Both the position numbers and the translations under genes were made by a program. Under the pieces are notes generated by a model. It was not told where the DNA came from. It worked only from the letters and a program-made list of their open reading frames with translations, and ran no database searches. A DNA stretch of 64,000 nt. It comes from Octopus bimaculoides (taxonomy: Eukaryota). The stretch spans positions 112,334,946-112,398,945 of the forward strand of contig NC_068982.1 of the NCBI RefSeq assembly GCF_001194135.2, given 5' to 3'. Shown piece by piece: positions 50,135 through 64,000 of this stretch (position 1 is the stretch's first letter; each line of letters begins with the position of its first letter).

Positions 50135-50343
50135 AAGGCGGCAAGCTGGCAGAGTCATTAGCGTGCCGGGCATGCTTCTTAGCGGCATGTCGTCTGTCTT
50201 TTCGTTCTGAGTTCAAATTCCGCCGAGATCAACTTTACCTTTCATCCTTTCAGAATCGACAAAATAAATACTAGCTGAGCACTGGGGTCGATATAATTGA
50301 CTTAGCTCCTCCCACCCACCTGAAATTGCTGGCCTTTGAAATC
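50135..50343 (+). mobile_element. SINE family 1, full-length
   Basis: aaggcggcaagctggcagagtcattagc...gttctgagttcaaattccgccgag...cactggggtcgatataattgac...gaaattgctggcctt. Confidence 0.75.
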
Positions 50344-51899
50344 ATAATAATAATTATTATTGTTGTTACTGTTTATGTCGGTATTGTTTGCTGATGCTGT
50401 TTTTTTGGCTGTTGTAGTTGTTTTTGTGGTTGCGGGCTATGCGATCGTTGGAATTTCTACGTTAGCTAAATGTTAAAATCTGGTGGTGGGTAAGAGCGGG
50501 CCTCGAGCCTAATGTATTTGGTATTATAGAAAGTCAAAAGGCGTATTTGTTAGAGCTTGGTAAAATAAGCCTTACAGTATTTGTTCCGATACCTGAGTTC
50601 AACAACCCCAAAGTCTACTTTACCTTTCATCCTTCAGCTGACGATAATATGAAGGATCAATTAATAAATAAAATAACGAATCTAGTTCTGTACTGAAGTT
50701 AATATCATCTAGTATCCAACTATAGAAAATGTTGAGGAGCCGTCCATATGTTAGAAATCATTAGTATTTGGTATTGTATTTAACCTCCAAGTCATTTGTC
50801 TGTAATATCGAACTCAGTTCAACAATACATAATAAATACAATATGTTTATAACAATTTTTCTACCTGTACATCACATGCTACATGACTTGATCTTATTGA
50901 CTACAATACATTTTTTATTATGGAAAATTTTGTTTTGTTGTGGTACTTTTATTTTTACATTCCAAAAAGAATGGTTCATAAAAATTGTAAATCTAGAGTT
51001 GAATATCATATTGCTGTCGGAGCAGTGGACAATATATGATCAATGGAAAACAAATAGAAAGGAGAGATTAATTTCAATGCATCTCAATATGTTAAAGCAC
51101 TATAGAATGAAATAAGGAACCATTCTTTTCTGAAAGCAACTTTGCAAATGTATTCATATGTAAATATTATTACGTCTTTACTGTTGTCTTCTCTAAAACG
51201 GTCTTCCATTTCTTCGCAAATTCAACAAAACACAAACTGTGTATATTCTAGTAAGAGAAAATTCAATAATATTGCTTTTGTAATTTGCTTTTTTCTTAAA
51301 AGATGTATAACAAGACAAATCTGATGTTTATTGATTATACAAGACATTAAACATGGGTTTGTGATCTGACTGTTATTTTGTACACAAGCAAGATGCGAAG
51401 CAATTAAATTATATCAGATGAAAGTTTATGCCTGACCTGAATTTAGGTTTTGTGGTTGTGTAGATAATTTACTGAGTACATATATATTATGACCGATGTT
51501 GTGTTCTGTTTATTTTAAAGCTATAGTGATAAAGTATAACAAGGAACAACAGAAGAAAATACAAACCTAAGCATGATTTTTGCCTACTTCCAAACTATTT
51601 TAATTTCTACTTGTCTATGAATAAGAATCCATACAAGAGATCAATATGATTACAAATATGCCTTCAACACAATGAAGCGAAGAACATATTCCTAATCTGA
51701 TTTTACGTCAGTTATGTATCATTTATGTATCAATTCGATTAGAGAACTAATCTATAAAATTTATATATGCATAACAAAGAAACAAAAAAAACCTGTTTCA
51801 ACCAACTCAATAAGGTCAAAGAATACATAATGAATATTTCAACTGACTTGCATGATCCAAAATCTGTGCATATATGCTAGCATAATGCATATATGCATG

Positions 51900-51933
<34 letters not shown>

Positions 51934-53851
51934 CATATGTACGTGTGTATGTATGTATGTATGTAAGCATGTATGTATGTAATGCATAGAGACATACATA
52001 CACACATACACACATTATACGAATATATACACAAATGCACACATATATGTATATATACATATATTATATATTACTATGCAATTATATGTAGTGTTTATAT
52101 CTGAATACTGTGACTTTCACTTGAATATTATTTTACGAATGGATCATATATAATATTTAAATTTTGAAGTTAGTAGGCAACGCTGCTTAATTCAATGTTT
52201 TGTATTTTGAATTTATTATGCCATTGCAAGAATTAGAAAGAAAGATTCCCTTTCACTTGTTAACTTAAAATATCATTGTTCTGATTCGAGTAAGGAAACT
52301 CTGATTCTGGATTGTGTTTTATATATCACCTTAAAATTATTAGGAATTGACCATTTTAATGGTTGACTTGAAAATATTCAGTTATTGTGTGAGATTTCAA
52401 TCATCTATTCTTTTGTCGACCGAATTGGCATTCAATCATTCTGGATATATTTATCTACTAATCATGTGATTGCACGTAAACAGGCATTGCAGAAAATTTC
52501 ATCTTCGATATACATTATGAATGAACTTCAAGTGAAGAAATCAAATATAACATTATCTAAATAACATATGCATTCTATTTAAAAATGTATATACTCTTGA
52601 GAACAGTAAGCAAATATGAAATCATAACTGAATTAGAGAAAGTAAATATATCTTACCCTCTTGTTCATATCTTAATTTCATATTTAGATTGTGAATAGTT
52701 TAAGTAGTTTTAAAAAGAAGACACACATAGTAAAAATGTGAGAACAAAAGAGGCGAGGAAGAAGTGCCATTAAAACTACATGCCAGAAAACAAACATATA
52801 TTTAACAATCATAAGAACACAAATCAAGAGTATGCACATGAAAGTAACTGGATGTATGTGTGAATGGATGTAATAAATATATATATATATAATTCTTAAC
52901 AATATTATTGAAAGTTTCGACCAGCTAAGCACTCGTCAGCCTGCGTTGCATTGCAGTTAATCTTGGCTTTATATAGTCTTTACTGAGACTATGGAATTGT
53001 TTAAGGAGCCACAAAATAATGTAAGTGGTATGTTCTATGTGGAGAGGTATTAAGGTCGTTGGTCAGTATGGTTCCCTCTAGTGGTTCATTTGTTTTATAA
53101 GCAATTTGATTAATATGTAGTAATAACTCCACCCTCCAAATACAAACATGAAATGCCTTAAATAGCAACAAAAACAAGTGAACTGATCAGCTAAAACATA
53201 CTAGCAACTTACATTATTTTGTGAACCCTTTAAAAGATTCCATCACAAAAACACAATTACTAAATTTTTGGATATAGACAAAATTTTAAAACTTTGGCCT
53301 TAACATTGTCAAAGGAAAGGCTTAAATCCAATAAAACCAAAAATAACTAACACTACGGGCACATCCTCTGATCAAAAACGCTTCTCATACCTACCTACAT
53401 CTTTTTTTTTTTTGTGAATCTCTAAAAAGCAATTGCATACACTGAAACGGGCGGACCTAAATATACACACCTGCTTACAAACTTCTACGTGCATGAATAA
53501 ATTTCAAAACAAAAATATAACCCTAAATTTAATCAATAAATATTTCTCTGAAACACCTTTCCATCATAGCCCACTCTAAAACCTAATTACGACCATACGC
53601 AAAACTACATACCCAAGGATGATTTTAACTCAACAGAGGCTATATAAATCCAAGATTAACTTCAATGCATCGCAGTCCGAAGGTGGTGAAGCTTGTCGGA
53701 ACTTTGAAGTCACTGTCAATAATATTCTTGTTTAAGAATAATAAATTTGTACCCTACAATAGTTTACAGTTACCCTTCAGATTAATGTAAGATGTTTTTC
53801 ATTATAACTGAACATAAAAACAGACATTAATATCTATACATATGTGCATAC

Positions 53852-53883
<32 letters not shown>

Positions 53884-53930
53884 GTGCGTGCGTGCATGTG
53901 TGTGTATGTACGTATTTACATATGTATTTG

Positions 53931-53964
<34 letters not shown>

Positions 53965-54064
53965 GCATGTATATACACTGACACACATATATATTATGTA
54001 TACGTATAAGTATATATGAGTGTTTGTGCGTGTGTGCATATGTATGTACATCCATCTATCTAAC

Positions 54065-54104
<40 letters not shown>

Positions 54105-54711
54105 GCAGGAGCCGCCAGAATTAGAGATAAAGAGAAATGACGAAACCGACCGAATGTGGAAGAAGTGCAAGAAAGTTCAAGACAGAGAAGAAAATGAAAA
54201 GAGAAAATGGGAGTGATTGTGTTATAGAATGATGGAGTGAATGAAATATATAACAGCTAATGTGATAGATAATGTGAACAGAATAGTTTGTTTCTGATGC
54301 ATATATAGCATCTCTGGTGAATCCAATCTATCTAAAATAATACATATCAAAAAGAATATAAGTAACGCCTGTGGAAACGTAAGCACGATGTTGTTTAGTT
54401 GAGGACTTTCGCTCGTCGTATCACAAGCTTTTTGCCATAAACTTGCAACAATATTGACGTTAAAAGCGTTTTAAAAGCATTGGCTTTTGATGCAACCGGG
54501 GAGAGGCTAAAACTGTCAGACTTTTCACTCGTTACAACTCCTTCACACTCAGTAGATCTGTTTATGTACTACAGTGCAGGTACGCACATAAATGAATAAC
54601 TGTGAAACAGATAAACGGCATTATTGGTGTAATATTGGTGAATTGGTGAGAGCAGACGTGATTGCAAAAATTGCAAAATGTCATAAGACTCATTGTAAAA
54701 GAAGTAATATA

Positions 54712-54768
<57 letters not shown>

Positions 54769-57700
54769 CTATAGATATATAGATAGATATGCACAAACAC
54801 ACATATATATATACATATATACATATAATACATATAAAGTGTGTTAGATAGTGTGAGGCTGTGTGTATGTAACTTTAAAACGGGTTTGATTAGAAAAACA
54901 ATAGTGTTCTTTGATTATTATTAATGGTTGCATTCTGTTTTAAGATAATAATTTGGCATTACATTAGAATACAAAATATGATATAAACGATATTCTAAAA
55001 CATATTGAAGTGGTAAAATTAAATAATTTTGACGATAAATTTTCCAAGGTACAGTGAAAAACAGTTTTCAGTATGTCAGCATTTTAACTGATTGAGGTAT
55101 GTTATTTCTTGGAGGTATATAATATAATTTCAACGGAAACACAATATAACATACGTTATAAAAGGATTACTAGTGTGGATTCAACGAAAACTATATTAAC
55201 AGACACTGCATGTAAAGAAAATTATAAGACATATTTTGGAAATTCATGTTAATTTCGTTAATGTCGTTTCGTTGATTGTGAAAATGTAGACTGGAGATTA
55301 ATTTTTCTCATTATAAGAATTTCCTATATCTACCAGCGGAGTTAAATGAAACAATATGGATAGGCATGTATAAGACAAATGAAAATCATTTTTATATATT
55401 TTATACTGTAAATATAGTCACGTTTTTATAATATACATATTTCGGAAATTAGCATAATTCAATATTGAAATGTATTTAGGAACTATTTCAATCTATTTCA
55501 ATTATAAGTTTATTCGAATTGAATATATTAAAACATATGTCAATGACAAATCAGTATCGTTTTACTTTAACTTTAGAAACTATAAACTTCATATTCTTCT
55601 CTATATCGATTGATAGGCGCATACGAAATGGAATTACAGCAAGTTAGGGCGAGATAACGTATTCAGATATAATATATTTAAAACATCTCTAATGTTATTT
55701 TTGATACTTTTGTAAGAAATTGCTTTTTAAAACAAAGTATGCTACCGAGATTTATCTTGGCCTAATTTTTCATGAGTTGTTCTACCATTGATCTTCAATT
55801 TTATTAAAATAAATAATTATCATAAATAATTCAATTTGTTACACCTATTAGCCAATCATCTTTCTTAAACTTATATTCACGTAGACACTTCCATTTAATT
55901 ATATTTCGACTATTTATTCCATCAAAACTTAATTTAGTTTTATAAAATATTCATAAATTTCTCTCTAAAACTTGTTCCAATCGACTACTCTCGAGCGTAT
56001 ACTTTCTGAATTTTAACCGCGGATTACCACATTTAAAAAAAAATTGTATCTATTTACTTAAAATGTACATATTCTAATTTTCTCAAATTCTGAAACATCA
56101 AGAATAATACACTTTGTCTCAGAACATTCTGTCATTTCTCCACGCAACTGTTATTATCAGTTCTCTTGTTTCTTGCTTTTTCTAATGACAAAATGAACAA
56201 AGCGAATTACAAAATTCATGTAGATCTCATAGAAAATCTGTTTAGAAATTGAATTTATTGAAATAGAAAATATATATTTGTGATCAATGTTTAATGAAGC
56301 ATTTTCTGATCATAGCACTATATGCACACACGCGCGCGCGCACACACGCGCGCGCGCACACACGCATGTGTGTGTGCTTATGTGTTTGCTTGTGTATGTG
56401 TACTTGTGTGTGTGTATGTGTGATAAGGAAGATACGTTCAAATACTTTAACAAAATATTACCCAATTTATAGTTTTATGCCTTCACCATGTAACGAGTCA
56501 GGAATTAGAATATTTATTAATATTTCCGTAGATATTAACGCTTGTAATCTCAATAGTCTAGAATAATTTGTAAATGTAAGGTAACGTGTTCGGAAACACG
56601 CAAGATATATCTGGTTCGGTGTGTCTAGGAATGATGGAACTACTGACTAAAACGTCGCATATTTTTGTATCCTTCTGTCATCACACAACTCAATATCTAC
56701 CCACCAGTATCTTTACAAAAACACAGTTTCATTGTCATATACGCTTTCTCTACTGACACATCAAACTGCGTGGGGTCGTAAGCCCACTGAGTATCACTGA
56801 GTAAACTGAATCACAGTATGGACTTCAAAGCGCTTAACAAACAAATAAGCTTAATTCGATAGAAATCACTTAAAAAGACGAAGTGGAAAATAGCCCTGGA
56901 TTCAAGTATCATGCATACGCATGCATCCTATGGATGGAGCTTATACAAACTTAGAGGTGCTGTTATATTGAGAAGTCATTTTATGCAGCATAGAACGAGT
57001 TTTATATGGGTTACAGTCTTCCAACATCAAAAATTAAAAGTAAAGAGGAAATGAAATGTAGAGATCATCTTGAGCGTTGAAGGAAATCGATAAACAGATC
57101 TGAATTAGCAACCATCTCACGTTTTCTTGGCGGTCTAGTTTACAACAGTCATTTGAACATGTACTGTGATGTACGAACCAATGATCTTCAGTCGTGATGC
57201 CTTGTTAAAATTCCTTATTAATCATTTCAAGTATTCCTAACCATTACATTTGTCCCTAATATAAATCTCAACAGTTCCCATAAATAGTCCTTTGCTTTTT
57301 CTTTCATTTGTTATACCTCTCTCAATTTTTGTTCTCTTTTGCATTCCCTCCCTTTCTCTCTCTCTCCTTTTCTCTTTTTATCCATCGATCTAGCTTTTTT
57401 CGTGTTGAGTTCGGGCTTTGATGAATTAATCCGGCCTGGGAGGTAAAGTATCAACGTCTCGTGTTTTTGATTCCAGTGGTGATAAAGGATTTATATCCTG
57501 TTTGGCTACGACGCTGTTATTGAAATATTACAGGACTTAAAAGAATTGTTAACTGCTTTTAATTAATGTTCTAATATCATAATTACCATTAGTTATAGCT
57601 ATTAACTGTATGCCATTGATTCATATCTTTTTAATTCCCCATATTAATGTTATTGATTTATAATTCAATATATAAGAAAGGCTTTGTTGGGAAATGTATA

Positions 57701-58097
57701 TATCTTTAGTAGTAAATATATATAATTTCACTAAATAGCTCTTATCGAAATATATGATCATGTGAAATATTAAGAAATAGAGTTCTCTGGGAATATCATT
57801 AGAGATATAAATTGCAAATAACTTCAATCATCTTTGATATATATTTACGAATATTCTTTATGAAAGACTTTCTGAATGTTGTATTTTCCAATATAATATG
57901 TGTATTAATTTTTGCATGTCATATATATATATATATATATATACATATATGCATGAATTTTACCGTTGCATACCAAAAATTAGAAAGAAAAAAAAGCTGA
58001 ACCACAGAGAAATCGATAAATACTAGCTTTCTACAAGTGGATATATAGGATAATACACACATACACACACAAACACACACACTCACACACACACACA

Positions 58098-58137
<40 letters not shown>

Positions 58138-58277
58138 CAAGGTGGGCCAAAACTTTCAACGTCTAATAAGTTCTGAAAATTGTGTTTTAAATTTACAATA
58201 CCCCAGTATCATGTACATGCATACATACGTGCATACACACACACGCACGCACACACGCACACGCACGCACACACACA

Positions 58278-58311
<34 letters not shown>

Positions 58312-58722
58312 TCCTGATATTCTTTTTTCTCTTCTATTTTTCTATTATATTTATTCTGTAACCTTTCAAAATTTTTCCCGGGCGTTACCCATTACAATTC
58401 ATCTTTGTCTAATGGCCCTAAACGCCTGTCTTCGTCGATCAATTCCTTACGCCCACTCTGGTGTCGTTTGTCCGTTCGAAGTCCTAACTGCCCACAAATT
58501 TTGTATTTTTCAAATTTCTGGATGCTGCTGTCTTATGAAGTCTTTCTGTCTTGTTAAAATCATGAAGCTGGTAGTAATAAGCAGTAAACAACTGAGCAGG
58601 AGTTAGACTTGTTTTGGTATTTTCCCTGTACTTGTGTCTTGTGTGTTTACGTATTTTTCGCTCGTTGGTGATGTCCTCTGCTTATTGTGTGCTTTTTTCA
58701 TTTTTATTATTATTATTATTAT

Positions 58723-58795
<73 letters not shown>

Positions 58796-59704
58796 GTGTG
58801 TGACCTTTCACCGTCATTGCTATTTGGAAAGCTTTATATTACTTTGCTTCTTGATAAACGCCTTTAAAAATGAAATGCACGTATCTAATATGAGTAGAGC
58901 ACAAAGTTTATGGCGTTTACTCTTCGAGCATCTTTCATTTATAGCGATAAAAGTTTCCAATTTCTGTTGGCTAAAATATTAAACTTGAATGGTTGTTTCA
59001 AATAGATTTATTATGGAGCAACATATGGGTTTTTTTTTTTATCTTCGAAATGATTTTATTCAGTCCAATGGTGTTATGTTTATAGATCAGTTGTACTCCG
59101 ATAAATTTGTATCTAAGGAATATTTAGTTGGCATAATTTTTGTTCACAGAAAGTAATGTTTAACAGTAAATATGTTCTCAAACTATTAACTTGATAACAC
59201 AACAATTATTCATTAAGCACTTTATAGGGTTTAAACACTGGTACGATCAGATAGAAAGGTATAGACATAAATGCGTAATAATTTTACTATTAACATTTTC
59301 TATTTATGTACCCTGATATTGAAAATGTTATTTTGCTTTCGGAAAATATTTATCTAAAAAGTTTAAAGAGTATTTCGTGACAGCTATATTTACATTAATG
59401 ATGAACAAAGTACGAAACCAAATATATTTTTCCTTCCCGTCTCTGAGATTAGCTATGATTATTAGCTACCTATATACTTTTAAGAATTCGGTGCTTAAAA
59501 CTTTATTATAAGTAGGGCATATCTGATGAATTACAAGGTAACTGTTTAATAGCATGCTGTATTAAATTATTTATGATAACAGGCGGATATTTTGAAGAAA
59601 TATTTCTGTTAACTTCTTATTTGGCTCTGTAAACGAATAGTCTATTGATATTTAATATTCATTTCTACTCTGGCCACAAAGCCTTGAAAATGTTTGGAGG
59701 AAGG

Positions 59705-59872
59705 CGTTATTTCGCCCGTCGCTACGTTCTGAGTTCAAATTCCGCCTAGGTTGATTTTGCCTTTCATCTTTTCGAGGTCGATAAATTAAATACCAGTTGT
59801 ACACTGGAGACAATGTAGTCGACACATCCCCTCCCCCAAAATGGCTGCCCTTGTGGAAAAATTTGAAACCAA
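59705..59872 (+). mobile_element. SINE family 1, 5'-truncated
   Basis: tatttcgcccgtcgctacgttctgagttcaaattccgcc...gaggtcgataaattaaataccagttg...cccttgtggaaaaatttgaaacc. Confidence 0.7.
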
Positions 59873-60008
59873 TACTAGGGTGGATCTAAGCAATTAAGTT
59901 GCGATAAAAAGTAAATCTTTAATTGTAAACATTTTTCTGAGAATATCTAAACTGTTCCGCATTCATATTAAGGTCGTCACTAATGAATTCGTCATTTCAT
60001 ATACATCT

Positions 60009-60068
60009 CCAAGGCGGTAGCCCAGCATGGCCGCAGTTCAATGACTGAAACTAGTAAAAGATAAAAGA
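60009..60068 (+). mobile_element. SINE family 2, 3' end only
   Basis: aaggcggtagcccagcatggccgcagttcaatgactgaaactagtaaaagataaaaga. Confidence 0.6.
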
Positions 60069-60340
60069 TTATGTAATAGATATGTAATATAAAACCCAAT
60101 AAGTTCATGGATTTCCTCTGAATCTAGGCTACATCAGAATAGCAACGTTCTTCTTTAACCATATAATATTATCGAAAGAAAACGATGGACTTGCTTGCTT
60201 GTATGATCAGAATATTTTAGTTGAATAAAATTAATGAAGTGATTCTTAGAGTAAATGTTTAACTATTCAGCGATAATATCTAATAATAACAAACGGTAAA
60301 TTCATAAAAATACTTCGTAGTATTGGACTAATTGACAATC

Positions 60341-60551
60341 CTTTCTACTAAAGCGCAAGGTTTGAATGTATTTCGAAGGGGACTAGCTGATTACATCGAC
60401 CCCAGTGTTTGACTGGTAGTTAATTTATCGACTCGGAAAGGATGAAAGGCAAAGTCAACCCCGGCAGAATGTTAACTCAGGACGTAAAGACGGCCAAAAT
60501 GCCGTTAAGCATTTCGCCCGGCGTGCTAACGATTCTGTCAGCCTGCCGCCC
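60341..60551 (-). mobile_element. SINE family 1, full-length
   Basis: Reverse complement of the family pattern (..catcgaccccagtg..ggatgaaaggcaaagtcaacc..taagcatttcgcccggcgtgctaacgattctgtcagcctgccgcc). Confidence 0.75.
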
Positions 60552-60675
60552 TACTGAATTACTGTTATTGTCTGTTTGCTATATTTGGAGGATATTAGTC
60601 TCTAACATACATTTTTCTGTACAGTTAACACGCTTTTGGGTAAATTTAATAACCTATGAAAGGGATTATTATTGT

Positions 60676-60890
60676 AGGCGGTAAGCTGGGCGAATCCTTA
60701 GCAAGCCGAACAAAAATGGCTAGCGATATTTCTTCCTGTTTTATGTTCTGAATTGAAATTCTGCTGAAGTCGACTTTGCCTTCCGTCCTTTCAGGGTCGA
60801 TAAATAAGTATCACTTTGGGCACTGGGTGTGATTTAATCGATTTGCACCCACCCCAAACTTTCGAGTATTGTGCCTATAGTCGAAAGGAT
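60676..60890 (+). mobile_element. SINE family 1, full-length; possible TSD gaaagg(g)attattat
   Basis: aggcggtaagctgggcgaatccttagc...gtcgactttgccttccgtcctttcagggtcgataaataagta...gtgcctatagtcgaaagg. Similar gaaagg.attattat on both flanks. Confidence 0.7.
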
Positions 60891-63800
60891 TATTATCTAT
60901 AGCGTTGTGGTAATTAAACTTAATGTAATTTCTTCGTGCAGTTAAATATTTAACGCTCTTATGTATTTTAACTCGATACTATTTGCTTAGCGTCACACGG
61001 TTTTTCATATACAATCTGCATATATATCTATGTACGAGCACACATATGTGCATATATACATACCAATATAATATTATTCTTTTATATTCTGGACACACAG
61101 AAATATTTACGCTTGTACATATATGCATAGTTCGCAATGACACATACGTGCACACATATATCTCTATATATTAGTGTGAGCATGTATGTGAGTGTGTGAA
61201 TGTATGCTTGTTTGTGTATGTGTAAAGAAGCATTTTAGTTTAAAGTTTCATTTAAAAATAAAATATTACACATTTAGAAATATTCTATAAACGTTTGAAA
61301 GAAAGCTAAAGAAAAATGACTTGAGAGCCAGTAAGGGGATTGAAAGTGATTGAGAAGAATCAATAAATATAATAGAACAAGTTAAATAAGTAAAATCTAA
61401 ATAAAGAACATATCATAGAAAACAATGCGATCAATAATAAAATAAAAGATATTCTTAAAATATTGACCGGAAAATGGAAAAGTAAATTATTTCCCTCGGA
61501 AAGTGATATTTTTTCGGATTTCTTGCTCTTCTTCAGATTTAAGCCTATTTATAAAGAATATACCGAGACAAAAAAATATTTCAAAATAAGTCACAGCAAA
61601 ATGCAGATGTGTTTTGAATGGTATCACACACTTGCCCATGATAACGTTGACGTACAATCCATAGTAGCATATACTTTGCTATTCTTGAGACACACTGACA
61701 AACATTGCAAACCTTACACACAATGATATTGCAAATAATGAAAATAAGTATGTATTCAGAAGTATTATTCAATAGTACTGAGTACCTTTCCGTCAAATTT
61801 TTTGTGAGTATTATATTTTGTTCTTTGGTGTTTTACTTTGCGATTTCGGTTTATACGTATTTTACGCTATAATGTATTATTTTGCTAGTTTATTCACACA
61901 GTTGTGTTTTCTTTAGATTTAATTATTTTCTCATATTGTTCCTGTCTTCTAAGCTTATATATTATCTCCCCGCCACTCGTATATACTTGTTCGTGAACGT
62001 ATGTGTCTTTGTGCAGGTGTATGTGTATACATGCATATATACACACACATACACACACGCATATATTTGTGTGTAAATTCATAATTATATGTGAGAGGGA
62101 GGGAGAGAATGAAAGAAAGAGTAAACATTCCATAGACATATATACCCTTAACCTAGTTCTTAGGATCAGTGTAACAAGGCTGCATTTTTTAATTATGAAA
62201 AGCCCCCGACAGGTTATATATGGTTAACGACTCCATAATTGTACAGAATGACAATGGAAATTAATCATTGACTACCTTGCCTTGATATTGTGTGAATTGA
62301 GGCCCCCGTTGATAGGCCCTTCATATTAAATAAGATGTCAACACATGCAAATTAGAGGCTCCAGTTCTCTAGCTGCTGGAATTATATATATATATATATA
62401 CCGTATACACACACAGCGCATATATATCTATATATANNNNNNNNNNNNNNNNNNNNNNNNNNNNNNNNNNNNNNNNNNNNNNNNNNNNNNNNNNNNNNNN
62501 NNNNNNNNNNNNNNNNNNNNNNNNNNNNNNNNNNNNNNNNNNNNNNNNNNNNNNNNNNNNNNNNNNNNNNNNNNNNNNNNNNNNNNNNNNNNNNNNNNNN
62601 NNNNNNNNNNNNNNNNNNNNNNNNNNNNNNNNNNNNNNNNNNNNNNNNNNNNNNNNNNNNNNNNNNNNNNNNNNNNNNNNNNNNNNNNNNNNNNTGGGAG
62701 GTAGAATGCTGGTGATCTTGACGTATGTAGTGTGAAAATGGGGAAGGGAGAAAGGGAGAAAGGGAGAAAGGGAGAAAGTAGTTGGTCAGTTGTAGTGTGT
62801 GCGTGGTGTGATGCGAGGGTATATATATATATATATACCGTATACACACACAGCGCATATATATCTATATATATATTTGGTGAGAACGATATAGGTATGT
62901 GGTGTGTGTGTGTGCCTGTGTGTGTGTGTGTGTGTGTGTGAGTGCGTGTGCGTGTGTGCGTGTGTGTGTGTAGGCATTTGTGCCAGAAGTCAAATGTTTT
63001 ATAACGTTGGTTTATCAGAATATACGGCAAAAGAAGCTATATTTTGGTAACATGTATAATTGTTTTTTTCATAAGGAGACGATACGTTAGCAAAATATTT
63101 AAAAATTGTATAAGAATCACACTTGTCTTTTTATCAAGAAATTAAAGAAGTTGCTGCATTGTAAATATAAGTTGTGACGCAATTAATAAATGTCAAGCAG
63201 TTTTAGATGAAACTGAAGATCGTAGTGATGCTGAACATTTAGAGATAAAGTGGTTGCAGATCAAATAGCAATGACGAGTAGTTATAATGAGACCGTAAAT
63301 CATATAGGATTGTTCGTGTGTTGAAGTCTGCCCAGGTCATTTTCATGCTAATTTGTTTCTAAGTTTTCTTTTTCTGTTGTAGTTGTATAATGTGTGAAGG
63401 ACATTTCGACACATTAACTTACTTGCATCACTAGTCTAGAATTAATCAATTATTGCTAAATAGACAAAGTAAACTCCGCCTTCCCCTATTCATACTTTGT
63501 ACAGTAGCTGGCATTTTACGCCACTAATTCATTGCTAAATATTTTAAATGTTTCACCTGGATATTGCATCAACTGTGGTTAGCGAATGAATATTTAATGT
63601 CTGCGAAGAACGTTTTCTATACTAAAGCCACAATGTCAGAGTTGGTCATATACGTAGCCCAGAACTCCAGTAACATTGCATATGAATTGCAGCTTTTTCA
63701 ACACACTAGCATTATGGATTAAACTCATGTTGAGATAATAGATAGCCTCATAAATAGACGTGGTTTGTTCTATGCGACACGTTTATGCCATTTGACCTCA

Positions 63801-64000
63801 TCAATGACGTACAAAAGGCCTCGAGAAATTAAATATAGATAAGCTATTCACTGTTATAAGGAGGGCGAAGGGAATCACAGAGAATAATATGCATATGATG
63901 TAATTTAGATTTCATTATCGAGTAAAGATTTTTTTATACCAAATATATTTTCCTGTTCAGCGAGGTTCCTGTTAATTTATTTATCTCTCTTTGTGTAGTG

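Noticed and set aside
52905-52945. Minus-strand CTGACGA...GAAAC hammerhead-like spacing
   Set aside because: No convincing stem II and no stem I complementarity.
53600-53790. TATATAAA at 53641 plus short ORFs, or a minus-strand exon
   Set aside because: All frames stop quickly or give unrecognised peptides; TATA-like words are abundant in this composition.
62380-62872. Duplicated ~55-bp motif (ccgtatacacacacagcgcatatatatcta)
   Set aside because: The copies flank an N gap within TA repeats; probable scaffolding artefact.

Overview
AT-rich, microsatellite-saturated, gapped eukaryotic draft-genome sequence. The SINE families and simple-repeat load match my recollection of Octopus (coleoid cephalopod) repeats; this is inference, not a database result. 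No host protein-coding gene, tRNA, rRNA, snRNA or known miRNA can be confidently recognised, so the window looks intronic or intergenic. Most ORFs in the supplied track are translations of (CA)n/(TA)n/(AGAT)n/(ATT)n repeats. Recognisable content: (1) a nest of R4/Dong-type non-LTR retrotransposon fragments (RT, CCHC finger, restriction-like endonuclease) at 1-3290 built around (TAA)n arrays, plus two further RLE fragments; (2) about 15 copies of two or three tRNA-like SINE families, several in closely spaced inverted pairs; (3) two MITEs, one a ~200-nt near-perfect hairpin with TA flanks and one hAT-like with an 8-bp TSD; (4) the most interesting signal, a series of minimal type-I hammerhead ribozyme motifs of the kind associated with Penelope-like elements. 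One has an intact core (9943-9977), one is near-intact 300 nt downstream, and three are decayed relics. A few isolated splice-signal-bounded segments are flagged as low-confidence exon candidates. Several duplications flanking N-gaps are probably assembly artefacts.
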